From: Patescibacteria group bacterium | GTDB lineage: Bacteria; Patescibacteriota; Patescibacteriia; UBA9570 | Reading direction: 5' to 3' | NCBI GenBank assembly: GCA_024277435.1 | Contig: JAJRVJ010000005.1 | Location: 25,747-89,746 of the forward strand | DNA: 64,000 bases | Notes under the pieces: model-generated | Told to the model about the DNA's origin: nothing | The model's database searches: none | Seen by the model: the letters and a program-made list of their open reading frames with translations, nothing else | Made by a program: the position numbers and the translations under genes | Shown: positions 42,241 through 51,879 of the stretch, piece by piece | How positions within the stretch are numbered: position 1 is the first letter of the stretch | Layout of the letters: each line of letters begins with the position of its first letter

Positions 42241-43524
42241 TTACTGAGTTGTATCTTGCGTCGATTTGCGTAATTGCATATTCTTTCTAATCTTACGATA
42301 GATAGCGCGAATTACTAGCCAGATTGGTACAAATATTACACTATACACGGCTAACCAGATAAAGAATCGTGTGAGTTTTCCGGTAGAATGGATTAATGAA
42401 GATAGCGCTTTACCTACTTCATACTTCACCATACCTGAGAATGTTGAACGATCATATTGATAGTAGTTACCATCCCAGAATGATTCATACTCTTTAACAA
42501 TCACTTCTACATCTACCATATTGAATTCGGTAATTGTTTCCTCACGCTCTAGTTGAGTATCTTCTAAGCGATCCTGAGCAATCTCTAAGGCATATTTAGT
42601 ATTCTCAATTACTTCTTCGCTAAGCTCCTCATCTTCAAGTGTTTTTTCTAAATCGGCAACATCATCTTCTAACACTGCAATCTGCTCATCAAGCTCAACC
42701 ACGTCTACACTTACATTATCAATTGAATAGGCGTTAATTTCTACCTCTTTATTACCATCAATGCCCTGTAAATAATCCTGAAAGGCATTCAGTTGATCAG
42801 CAGGAATGCGCACATTAATTTCACCAATAGTATTGTTATAGTCCGTAGCAATTACTGCCCCACCTAGATTCTTAGCTTCATTCTGAATCCCTTGTATGGA
42901 TTCCAACATATTATCCTTCACTTCAACAGTTAAGCTAACGGCCTCATCGTATAGTTGAAGTTTTTCTCCATCTTTAGAAACATAACTCGTTGCCTGAGTA
43001 TTTGCATTGCCATACGAGTTAATATCATCAAATTTATATTCTTCAAACTCATAACCAGACACACGTTTAGGTGTAGCTTCATCAGAAGCTGTTAGTGAAT
43101 CTCCTAAATCAGAATCTGGAGATCCAAAACCCGTAGCCTCCGATGAAGTATCAGAATATTCTGCAGAATCAAACGATACCGTTGAGCTACCTGAAGTAAA
43201 TTTATCTTTCTTTTCTTCTGCTTGATAGGCAATGCGTCCTTCAAGTACTGTAGTTGGAGAAGTTACATCATTCATCGTAACGGTGGTAATGAGCGCTAAT
43301 ACAGCTAAGCTAGATGCTCCTCCAATATATCCAAGCCACATCAGCCAGACAGGTGTTTTTTTAGTATTTAGGGATTCTTTCATAGGAATAGTTGATTGTT
43401 GTGAATTAGTGCGTTGTGTCCATGCTGAACGCAAACCATTTTCCACTCGCGTTTCCATAGCAGAAGTATTCGCTTCATCGAGTTGTTTACGCAATTGTTT
43501 GAATTGTTGTTCAGTATGGCTCAT
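42241..43524 (-). CDS. putative anti-sigma factor (DUF4349-like: N-terminal TM, coiled coils, C-terminal TM)
   Basis: Start ATG overlaps the sigma-factor stop (ATGA). Two TM segments (WLMWLGYIGGASSLAVLALITTV and FIWLAVYSVIFVPIWLVI) flank an acidic coiled-coil region. Confidence 0.5.
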   Translation of the reverse strand: MSHTEQQFKQLRKQLDEANTSAMETRVENGLRSAWTQRTNSQQSTIPMKESLNTKKTPVWLMWLGYIGGASSLAVLALITTVTMNDVTSPTTVLEGRIAYQAEEKKDKFTSGSSTVSFDSAEYSDTSSEATGFGSPDSDLGDSLTASDEATPKRVSGYEFEEYKFDDINSYGNANTQATSYVSKDGEKLQLYDEAVSLTVEVKDNMLESIQGIQNEAKNLGGAVIATDYNNTIGEINVRIPADQLNAFQDYLQGIDGNKEVEINAYSIDNVSVDVVELDEQIAVLEDDVADLEKTLEDEELSEEVIENTKYALEIAQDRLEDTQLEREETITEFNMVDVEVIVKEYESFWDGNYYQYDRSTFSGMVKYEVGKALSSLIHSTGKLTRFFIWLAVYSVIFVPIWLVIRAIYRKIRKNMQLRKSTQDTTQ

Positions 43525-44042
43525 AGGTATTCTTGTAGACGTTTTAATGCACGATGAATCTTTACTCCGCAACTATTTGGTAACACTCCAAGTACTTCAG
43601 CAATATCTTGATTCGACATATCCTCAACGTACTTGAATGTGAGTAATTCCTGCTCTTCATTAGATAGTTTATGTAAGGCCATAAAGAAATCAGTCCACTG
43701 TTGTTGCTGAGTACCATCACCGCTCGATAATTCAACAACCACATCAAGATCTACAGTTGCGGCATTGGATTTCTTGCGAAAATACATGCGAGCGTGATTC
43801 AGCGCGATTTGTAATAGCCAGCTAGAAAACTTCGCACCAGTAACGGTATATGTATCTAGCTTATTCATTACCGTCACAAAGGTTTCTTGCGTAAGATCCT
43901 CTGCCAGCTGCACATTACTAGTTTTAACGAGTAGAAAACGATGCACCCGCTGAACATAAAACCGGTAAAGCTCTACAAAAGCTTCTTCTTCATGCTTGGC
44001 GGACTCTATCACTGCTGGAGCGATTTCCGGAAATTGGCTCAT
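43521..44042 (-). CDS. ECF-type RNA polymerase sigma-70 family factor
   Basis: 173 aa; region 2 ELYRFYVQRVHRFLLVKT...AEDLTQETFVTVMNKL; region 4 LLTFKYVEDMSNQDIAEVLGVLPNSCGVKIHRALKRLQ. Confidence 0.8.
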   Translation of the reverse strand: MSQFPEIAPAVIESAKHEEEAFVELYRFYVQRVHRFLLVKTSNVQLAEDLTQETFVTVMNKLDTYTVTGAKFSSWLLQIALNHARMYFRKKSNAATVDLDVVVELSSGDGTQQQQWTDFFMALHKLSNEEQELLTFKYVEDMSNQDIAEVLGVLPNSCGVKIHRALKRLQEYL

Positions 44043-44109
44043 AATTACGCGTAAATACTGAGTAGTTTTCGTTTCTCGTACCTGTATAATGCGTGTGGTA
44101 TAGCAAATA

Positions 44110-45972
44110 TTACACAGCTTTAAACTGCTGTATTGCCACTACTTCATCATCGCCGTATACTTCCTGTGCTGTTGGCATTTGATCTCTTGCTGGTTGATCG
44201 CCAGAGAGCATAGGCCTTATTACTTCATACACTATTTGCGCAACTCGCTCATCGGTACGTTCTTTTCTGGGAATGTTATTACGTGGTCCATCTGATTGAA
44301 TTACTAATATATCATTAGGCCGTACATCAACGCGCCGTACTAACGAGACTTTATTTTTTCGAATATCACCTATTTGCGCACCACCATGCCGGTCTTTGGA
44401 AATATTTAATGGCAATCCCTGAGTTTTTTTCTCTTCGTTTATAGAGGCTGGCAATAATTGAGCTTCACCATTGCGTACCAAATACGCCTCACAATCTCCT
44501 ATATCTACTACTAGCACTTGCCCTACCTCTGGAAAGTATAATGAACCAAATATCGTAGAACCACCTTCGTCTTCTAAATCTTCTAGTGACGCTGGAAGAT
44601 CAGATAGGTGCTCTAAAATATATGCCTCAGCTTCATCTATATTCATTGCTGATGCATGATTAAATATATCCATTAATGCATGAGTAATTCTGCGAGCTGT
44701 TTCCGCAGAATTACTAAAGGTAGTGTTACCATCTGCAACTATCATGGCCCCAATTTTTGAATTCGTTAATACATAATCTTCACCGTGATCATTAAGATGA
44801 TACTCCATATTTTCTGGCCATATATCATAGTCTGCGTGAAATGTACGACGCTTTGGAACTTTATCTTTCTTCTTTACTCCAAGCGTAACGATTCGTGATA
44901 CAGTAGTTTCTATATCTTCAATAATTTCAGGGATACCAGTTGATCTACGCTGTTCAATTCTACCAGTTAAGACATATGTCTCTCTAATACGCTTCACTAC
45001 ACCTTTAAAAAAGTCTGGGGTATACGCATCTCGATTCGCTGCCATCATATTATATAAATCACGCAGTTCACTACGAATATCCAAAATATCTTGCTCCGAC
45101 CCTTCAATAATTTCTGTATTCTTTTTATCTTGATAATATTTTTCGTGCGCAATAATTCTAGCATTAAAATCGTAGTACGTAATTTGTTCACGTAACATTT
45201 CTCGGCTAAATTCAAAAGGCTTTTCAGTACTTCCAAATACCTCTGGTAATTCATGTTCTAAGTATGCTCTTGCAGTAAGTGCCTCTGCCTGCTGTGCAAA
45301 CACATCGATATCATCATCACTCTGCATGGTTTTAACTTCCGCATTTAAACTTTGCAGACGACTTAATAAATCATACAAATGAGCCTGATCCGAATCGCTA
45401 GCCTCCTTTGCTAGGACGTTAATACTCACAACGAAATCATGCAAATATTTCACTAGAATATACTTCCGCTCGGCAATATCAGATGAAACTGATAAGTCTG
45501 GAAAGTGCGGCATCTCATGAACTTTGGGTAAATCACGAACCTCACCATGAGTAGATTCAACTAACGTCGCTATTTTTTCTACCTCAGACTCTATGGCATG
45601 TAATACATCTTCTTGGGTAGAAATTGAAGCTTCCTGCCAAGATTGGAGCTTCTCTCTGTGCCCATTAAGTATACGCTTCCTACCTTCTAACCCTTGAACA
45701 GTTTTTACAAGCCATCCCACTAATCCACTTAAGCCTTCTAACTTATATTCTAGCGAACGCTGCTCACGTTCAACTACATGCAAAATAGCATCCACACGAT
45801 CTTGTAAAACTGTATGGCGATCGCTTTCATAATGTGGCACTTCAACTCCTAAAGCCTCTTCAGCGCGAACCACTGCATCCGCTGGAGCGTCCTCTATACC
45901 CTCACTCTGCGCAGCTCCGTCAACTAAGACTGGCGATCGTGATTGAACTCTATCTATACCTGGTTCTTGCAT
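44110..45972 (-). CDS. protein with a novel ~380-aa N-terminal domain and a C-terminal PP2C-family Ser/Thr phosphatase domain
   Basis: PP2C motifs MIVADGNTTFSNSAETAR, VVDIGDCEAYLV, LVIQSDG. Confidence 0.6.
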   Translation of the reverse strand: MQEPGIDRVQSRSPVLVDGAAQSEGIEDAPADAVVRAEEALGVEVPHYESDRHTVLQDRVDAILHVVEREQRSLEYKLEGLSGLVGWLVKTVQGLEGRKRILNGHREKLQSWQEASISTQEDVLHAIESEVEKIATLVESTHGEVRDLPKVHEMPHFPDLSVSSDIAERKYILVKYLHDFVVSINVLAKEASDSDQAHLYDLLSRLQSLNAEVKTMQSDDDIDVFAQQAEALTARAYLEHELPEVFGSTEKPFEFSREMLREQITYYDFNARIIAHEKYYQDKKNTEIIEGSEQDILDIRSELRDLYNMMAANRDAYTPDFFKGVVKRIRETYVLTGRIEQRRSTGIPEIIEDIETTVSRIVTLGVKKKDKVPKRRTFHADYDIWPENMEYHLNDHGEDYVLTNSKIGAMIVADGNTTFSNSAETARRITHALMDIFNHASAMNIDEAEAYILEHLSDLPASLEDLEDEGGSTIFGSLYFPEVGQVLVVDIGDCEAYLVRNGEAQLLPASINEEKKTQGLPLNISKDRHGGAQIGDIRKNKVSLVRRVDVRPNDILVIQSDGPRNNIPRKERTDERVAQIVYEVIRPMLSGDQPARDQMPTAQEVYGDDEVVAIQQFKAV

Positions 45973-45977
45973 TTCTA

Positions 45978-47708
45978 TTATTTACCGGTATGGTGCTTAC
46001 GAGCGCTTGATTTAAATTGCGAACGACGATTTCGACCTCGCACCTTACCGCCCGACGAAACATGAGAACCAACGGCCATTTGCATCTGTTTAGGTCCACT
46101 TCGAATATAAAAATGAGGCGCAGTCCATTCCTGCTTCGAAATCTGTCCTGTCATAACTGGATCCACACCTGGTGGTGGATTACCCTTACCAGTCTCGCCC
46201 TCTCCTTTGCTCGCTCCATCAGATTCACCTAATGATGTTGGCTCACCATGCGATTGCCCATTACGAGAGCGTCGCCGTTCATCCTCGCGCTGTATTTTAC
46301 CTAAACGTGTGTACGTTTTACGCAGCTTCTGGCGAGCTCGACGCAACGCATTATCGCTCATATCACCATTATTCCCAGAGAGAAGTTGGTGAAATAATAA
46401 TGCAGACTGGTTTAAATAATACTCAATGCGCGGATGCGCTACCAATTCTGTATTAGTCAATATATTTGCTAAAGTTTCCAAATGCTCACTCGTAAAACCA
46501 CCACGTAGCCACTTTGGCGTTTCGTCTGGATTATTTACACAATACTGTAAGTTCTCTAACTGCCAACCTAACACTGTTACACCTGGATCGGATTGTACTT
46601 CATCAGAATTCCTACCATGTTCAATCTGACGCTCTATCCAGGTGGACAATGATTGCATTTCACTAGGTAATTCACCAGCCGTCTCTTGAATATGTTTAAT
46701 CAATCGTTGTGTTTCAGTTTGTCCTTCTTCACGTGCCCACTCTTTATAATGCACATTCTCGGCTGGAATATCAGCCGGCACCAAAGCATTCACACCCTTT
46801 ACATCAACGATTGTATGTAATGTAACGCCACGCTGTAAACCATCTTCAAGTACCGACTCAGCTTCAGCTGGAACATCTTTTCCATGATTTACCTTATCAA
46901 TTAAACGAGTAACTTCTCGAAGTTTACCAGCTTCACTTTCAGCTTTAAATGTATAACCAGCAGCCTCTAAATCACTAATCATATCTTGTTCACTACCACG
47001 CTCGCCAACACCTTCTATTGTAACGATTGCGTTTTCAAAACCCATGTCATGTAATTTTGTAGTAAGCCAAACCTGCGCATGCTCTGCAGTATTCAAAGAT
47101 AATTGCATATTCGCCTCCGCTGAACCCTCCGGACTACGATATGCCTCACCTGTAACCGTAACTCCTGTAACCATACTCATATCCTTGGATTGCAACACTT
47201 GTGCTAACTCACCAAACGACTGTTGCACAGCACTTTCAAGAGCCGCTTCAGCAGCTACTTGCTCAGCATCTTCACCAGCTTCCGTTTCAACTCGGCTAAA
47301 ATCACGTCCTGCAAAATGATATGGTACCTCTTGCTCGAATACCACAGTTTGAGCGGGTTGTAATTCAACAATAGTTCCTGCATCAACCGTTGCGCCATCT
47401 ACAGCAATTACCGCTACATCAGACGAGGTATCAACCTGCACATCATGATTTTGCAAAAGTTTACGCAAACCTTGCTCTGATGAAAAGTCCATATCAGATG
47501 AAGGAGATTCAGCGGCCTTAGCTTCAATCGAATGCTCACGTGGCTGCATTACAGCAAAATTAAAAGCCGCAACTAACGATGCTGCCATTCCTAAACGAAA
47601 ACGCAATCCCTCACGAAGTGATTGTAAAAATGCTTCTGGCCCGCTTTCTCGTTCGGGCGATAATGAATGACGCGCTGGATGATTAGGCTCTCGAGTGTTG
47701 TTATTCAT
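45978..47708 (-). CDS. hypothetical protein (576 aa) with one N-terminal TM/signal segment and a basic C-terminal tail
   Basis: ORF 5 nt upstream of the PP2C gene; LRFRLGMAASLVAAFNFAVM hydrophobic segment; no recognised domain. Confidence 0.5.
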   Translation of the reverse strand: MNNNTREPNHPARHSLSPERESGPEAFLQSLREGLRFRLGMAASLVAAFNFAVMQPREHSIEAKAAESPSSDMDFSSEQGLRKLLQNHDVQVDTSSDVAVIAVDGATVDAGTIVELQPAQTVVFEQEVPYHFAGRDFSRVETEAGEDAEQVAAEAALESAVQQSFGELAQVLQSKDMSMVTGVTVTGEAYRSPEGSAEANMQLSLNTAEHAQVWLTTKLHDMGFENAIVTIEGVGERGSEQDMISDLEAAGYTFKAESEAGKLREVTRLIDKVNHGKDVPAEAESVLEDGLQRGVTLHTIVDVKGVNALVPADIPAENVHYKEWAREEGQTETQRLIKHIQETAGELPSEMQSLSTWIERQIEHGRNSDEVQSDPGVTVLGWQLENLQYCVNNPDETPKWLRGGFTSEHLETLANILTNTELVAHPRIEYYLNQSALLFHQLLSGNNGDMSDNALRRARQKLRKTYTRLGKIQREDERRRSRNGQSHGEPTSLGESDGASKGEGETGKGNPPPGVDPVMTGQISKQEWTAPHFYIRSGPKQMQMAVGSHVSSGGKVRGRNRRSQFKSSARKHHTGK

Positions 47709-47770
47709 AACAATAATAATACGTTTTTATAATTATTAACGAATCACTATACATAAATATTTACATATTG

Positions 47771-49252
47771 TCAAGTATGCCAACGAATACCATTGTATTT
47801 AGCGATAAGATCCACAGCGCCTGCCGGACCCCATGACGCTTGTTCATATGTTTCAACTGAAATATCTGCGTCACTAGCCCAGGCATCTAATACTGGTTGA
47901 ATAATCTCCCACTGCCGCATTACTTCTTTAGTGGTTGGAAATAATGATTGATCACCTACAATCACGTCATGAATTAAACGTTCATATGGAGAAGGCTGTT
48001 CTTTAGTAAATGCATTTTTATAGAAAAAATCCATATCAACCTGATCCGTAGCAATATCAAAACCTGGTTGCTTAGCATAAAGGCGTAACGTAACACCCTC
48101 CTCTGGTTGTACACGAATTTTTAAAATATTGGGAGCTGTTTGAATGCCTTGCGTGCTACAAATATTTGAAGTGCATGGTGAAAAATGAATAGAGATAGTA
48201 GTAGACTTACGTTTCATACGTTTACCAGTTTGAATAAAAATTGGCACATCAGTCCACGATGGATGATTAGATTGTAAACGCAGCGCCGCATATGTATCCG
48301 TTTTTGAATCTTCCTTTACTCCAGGAATATCTTGATAACCCTCATACTGTCCACGTACAGCAATGTCACTAATAGTTGCATGAGACGCTAAGCGCAAAGA
48401 ATCTAAAATAGCCTCCTTGCTGCGATGAATATCTTTTGATTCTAAACTAAATGGTTCATCCATCATTACTAGTGCAAGCAATGCTAACACATGACTTTGC
48501 ACCATATCACGTAATGCACCTGCTCCATCGTAATACGCCGCTCGCTGTTCTACACCTAAATCTTCCGCGGCCGTAATTTGAATATGATCAATCCCCTGTG
48601 GATTCCATGAATCACGAATCACTGGATTGGTAAATCGAAATAATAAAATGTTCTGCACGGTTTCTTTAGCAAGATAATGATCCATCCGATAAATCTGCTC
48701 TTCTTCAGCATAATTCAATACCGTTTCATTTAAAGCCTTGGCTGTTTCTACATCATGTCCAAATGGTTTCTCTATAACAATTTTAGCTTTCACTCCAATC
48801 TCGGAACATTCTCCCGCTAAATCAGCAGATTTAAGTTGCTCAATGATAGGAATAAAAAACTGTGGAGCCGTTGCTAAATAAAACACCGATTGATGCGGCA
48901 TCTTACATTGTTCATCACGCGCGCGTAACTCCTGGGTGATGCGTTCATATGTAGCTGTATCATCAAACACACCTGATACATAATCAAATAACTGCACAAA
49001 CTCATCAAGTCGATCTAGTGATCGATTATTATCAATATAGGTTTTAACACTGTCTTTTACTAACTGCCGATATTCAGCTTGAGAAATATCTCTACGTGCC
49101 ACGGCAATAAAACTAATATCATCTGGTAATAAATGATTGATATATAAATGATATATTGCCGGCAATAACTTACGCCGAGATAAATCACCGGTTCCACCAA
49201 AAATTACAAAATTGGTTGGATGATATGTAGCACCTTCTAACTTCTGAATCAT
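47771..49252 (-). CDS. zwf: glucose-6-phosphate 1-dehydrogenase
   Basis: NAD(P) motif FVIFGGTGDLSRRKLLPAIYHL; MDHYLAKE (DHYLGKE signature); EKPFGHD. Uses a TGA stop. Confidence 0.9.
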   Translation of the reverse strand: MIQKLEGATYHPTNFVIFGGTGDLSRRKLLPAIYHLYINHLLPDDISFIAVARRDISQAEYRQLVKDSVKTYIDNNRSLDRLDEFVQLFDYVSGVFDDTATYERITQELRARDEQCKMPHQSVFYLATAPQFFIPIIEQLKSADLAGECSEIGVKAKIVIEKPFGHDVETAKALNETVLNYAEEEQIYRMDHYLAKETVQNILLFRFTNPVIRDSWNPQGIDHIQITAAEDLGVEQRAAYYDGAGALRDMVQSHVLALLALVMMDEPFSLESKDIHRSKEAILDSLRLASHATISDIAVRGQYEGYQDIPGVKEDSKTDTYAALRLQSNHPSWTDVPIFIQTGKRMKRKSTTISIHFSPCTSNICSTQGIQTAPNILKIRVQPEEGVTLRLYAKQPGFDIATDQVDMDFFYKNAFTKEQPSPYERLIHDVIVGDQSLFPTTKEVMRQWEIIQPVLDAWASDADISVETYEQASWGPAGAVDLIAKYNGIRWHT

Positions 49253-49336
49253 ATATACAGTATACCACATCTACTACAGCCTGTAATAGACAACGCCCCA
49301 TGATCTTGCAACCATGAGGCGTTTGTCCTCCTCGTA

Positions 49337-50407
49337 CTAATCATCACGTTCGCACCGCTCGAAAGCGAGCTGGCGCCTGGTGTTACGCAGAGTCTCTGCT
49401 CCACCGCCATTCTTCAGCTGCCGCAGCAACCGATGAATTTCTACGCCCATCTGATACCAGACCAGTGGATTGTAGAAAGCGGTGTGACCCAGCTGCAGCC
49501 ACAGCGGCTGCGCATAGTACCAGCGCGTCCGCAGCTCTTCCAGCGTGATTCCGGCATCTTCATCCGGTGGGACGATTCTGGCATTGCTACGCAGAACCAC
49601 CCGATCGCCCCAGGTGGCACAGAAGAACCGCATGTGTACACCCCACTCACTATGAAGCTGCAACACACGATCTCTCCAACGGACAGCCGTGGAATGCTTC
49701 AGGCTCATACTCACAGCGGTCATGTGCTTACTCAGCACCGATAACCCAGATCCGCGCCAGGGCGTGGAAATGGTGAAGATGCTGTCCAGCACAATTCCAT
49801 ACTCTTCAATGAGCCGCTCAGCCAGAACAGTGATGTCTCTACCACCCTTGCTAAAGGCCAGTCCGATCACGGGAATGTCTGCTACGTAGTCCGCTACGAT
49901 GGCTTCGTACACGGGCTGAAGCTGAAGCTCTGCAATGCGGGCAGCCGACCGAACGTTGCCGTTGGTTGGCGTTACCATCATCACGATGCGCACGCCCCAC
50001 CAGCGTGACAGAGCTCGGGCAATCCAGTACGCTTCCTCTGTGAGCTGCTGAAAGCCCAAAGATACCACCACGGTAGCCAAGTGCTTGCCATGAGGTTCGA
50101 ACTGGCGCGGCATCTTACCGTACCGAAGCCGAACATACCGAATTGTAATGGCTGCCAGCAAGAGAATTGGAATGTGCGTAACGGCCAAGACGAAGATCTC
50201 GCGATCCGTCAGCACGCGGCGCAACTTCCGCAGAACGAATCGTGCTTTTCTCCACTGCACAGACACCTTCCACCGGAAGGAATCGCGCGGCGCCTTGTTA
50301 AACCAATGCATTACTCCCTCCGATGTCCAGTGATTATAAAAGTACTCTCTATCAAATAACTCGATTCTAGCAGTTTTGTCAATCAAAAACACCCCATAGA
50401 TATCCAT
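49337..50407 (-). CDS. hypothetical membrane-anchored protein in a GC-rich patch; possible alpha/beta-hydrolase-like
   Basis: 356-aa ORF in DNA of roughly 55% GC; N-terminal TM helix IFVLAVTHIPILLLAAITI; AFSKGG (A-x-S-x-G-like) elbow. The family assignment is weak. Confidence 0.4.
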   Translation of the reverse strand: MDIYGVFLIDKTARIELFDREYFYNHWTSEGVMHWFNKAPRDSFRWKVSVQWRKARFVLRKLRRVLTDREIFVLAVTHIPILLLAAITIRYVRLRYGKMPRQFEPHGKHLATVVVSLGFQQLTEEAYWIARALSRWWGVRIVMMVTPTNGNVRSAARIAELQLQPVYEAIVADYVADIPVIGLAFSKGGRDITVLAERLIEEYGIVLDSIFTISTPWRGSGLSVLSKHMTAVSMSLKHSTAVRWRDRVLQLHSEWGVHMRFFCATWGDRVVLRSNARIVPPDEDAGITLEELRTRWYYAQPLWLQLGHTAFYNPLVWYQMGVEIHRLLRQLKNGGGAETLRNTRRQLAFERCERDD

Positions 50408-50433
50408 GGGGTGCTTATTTACTTCTCTACAAT

Positions 50434-51660
50434 TTATGAGCTAAGCGCTTTCGTTTTTACGCCACGATATTTTGTGTAAGGAAGCCACTGGTCATCAACC
50501 CTCACGCGTACCCGAACTGTATATGTAGTTTCTGGATCAAGTCCACGAAATGTAGCTCTTCGTTTTCTAATAGTTTTTTGTTGCACTAATTTTCCATCCG
50601 AGCCTTTAATTTGCCAACGATACTTACTAGCACCTTTAATCTTTTTAGTTTTTATAGTTAGTTTATGAGCTTTACGGAATTTTTTAATCACTCGCGGTTG
50701 ATTACCTTTTAGCTTCTTTAATTTATAACGACCAACCTCCGTAGAATCAATAGCTTTGTTGACGTCTGTAGAGGCTAATACTGTTCCAAAATAACTATCA
50801 TCAAAAGTACTTAACGACACCTCTAGATAATCATAATAATTCCAACCCGTAACATTAAATACATCATCGCCAGAGGCCACTAATGCCATATCTACCTCTA
50901 ACGCACCTTCGGTATAGAGTTTACTGCCGCTATTATTTGCATTACTAGATAACTGAGCAGTTGTAAAATCAATTAATTCTGTATCAACATTATAGTGAAA
51001 TGTTCCTGAATTATCAGTATCTTCCCAAAATTTAATCTCTACCGGATTATCAATACCAGGCTCCATACCAGGAATGCTGCTATCAAATTCATCCATGGTA
51101 AGATGAATCGTATAAAAGTAGAGGTCATCTTGCGCCGTAAGATTATTTATACTAAACACCAGCCATTTATCAAAATCTACTGGACTACCAATCGTGTCAC
51201 CAGGACCATTCGTAGAATCTACGTCACCTAATTCAAAATACGATCCACCGCCATCACCAGTAACCACATCTAATGGCTCAATCCCAACGAGCGGAAAAAA
51301 TGATTTGTAGTACACATAAAACCATTGCGCATCATTGCATACTTTTACATCTTCAATATCCATCATGCGATCAACGTCTAAGCGCCAATCATAACCAGCC
51401 GCTAAAGCGGCGGCGCCAGTTACTTCAGTTACTTCATTTACCCAAGTATCAGTAGTGCTATTATAGTACCACCAATTTTCTGTAACATCAGCTCCATCAC
51501 TAACTAGCGATGTAATAGGCGTCCATTCGGAAGCATTATTATCAATAACTACTGAAGAGCAAGCACTTACAGCGCTAGCACTTGTTGGCACGACGAACCA
51601 TGTAATCATCATGGCTGGAGCAATCAACCAACTGACGATGCGAATAAATCTTTTATGCAT
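50434..51660 (-). CDS. secreted protein with a C-terminal lysine-rich FN3-like module
   Basis: Signal peptide MHKRFIRIVSWLIAPAMMITWFVVPTSASA; C-terminal ...TYTVRVRVRVDDQWLPYTKY with K/R-rich strands. Confidence 0.5.
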   Translation of the reverse strand: MHKRFIRIVSWLIAPAMMITWFVVPTSASAVSACSSVVIDNNASEWTPITSLVSDGADVTENWWYYNSTTDTWVNEVTEVTGAAALAAGYDWRLDVDRMMDIEDVKVCNDAQWFYVYYKSFFPLVGIEPLDVVTGDGGGSYFELGDVDSTNGPGDTIGSPVDFDKWLVFSINNLTAQDDLYFYTIHLTMDEFDSSIPGMEPGIDNPVEIKFWEDTDNSGTFHYNVDTELIDFTTAQLSSNANNSGSKLYTEGALEVDMALVASGDDVFNVTGWNYYDYLEVSLSTFDDSYFGTVLASTDVNKAIDSTEVGRYKLKKLKGNQPRVIKKFRKAHKLTIKTKKIKGASKYRWQIKGSDGKLVQQKTIRKRRATFRGLDPETTYTVRVRVRVDDQWLPYTKYRGVKTKALSS

Positions 51661-51879
51661 ACTATTTCTATTATTTATGAATTATAAAAAAGATATGTTG
51701 CACTAATGACACTGTTTATCATTATGCGAACATACCCATTCCCTGTTTGAGTATTATAGTATATGGTCTCGCTTATAAGAGCCTACACAGGATGACCACG
51801 TATAGTTTATACAACAAGATTCATGTGTCAATCAAAAATATCACAACTACTGAGTAGTGAGTTGATAGCCTCGATACTA

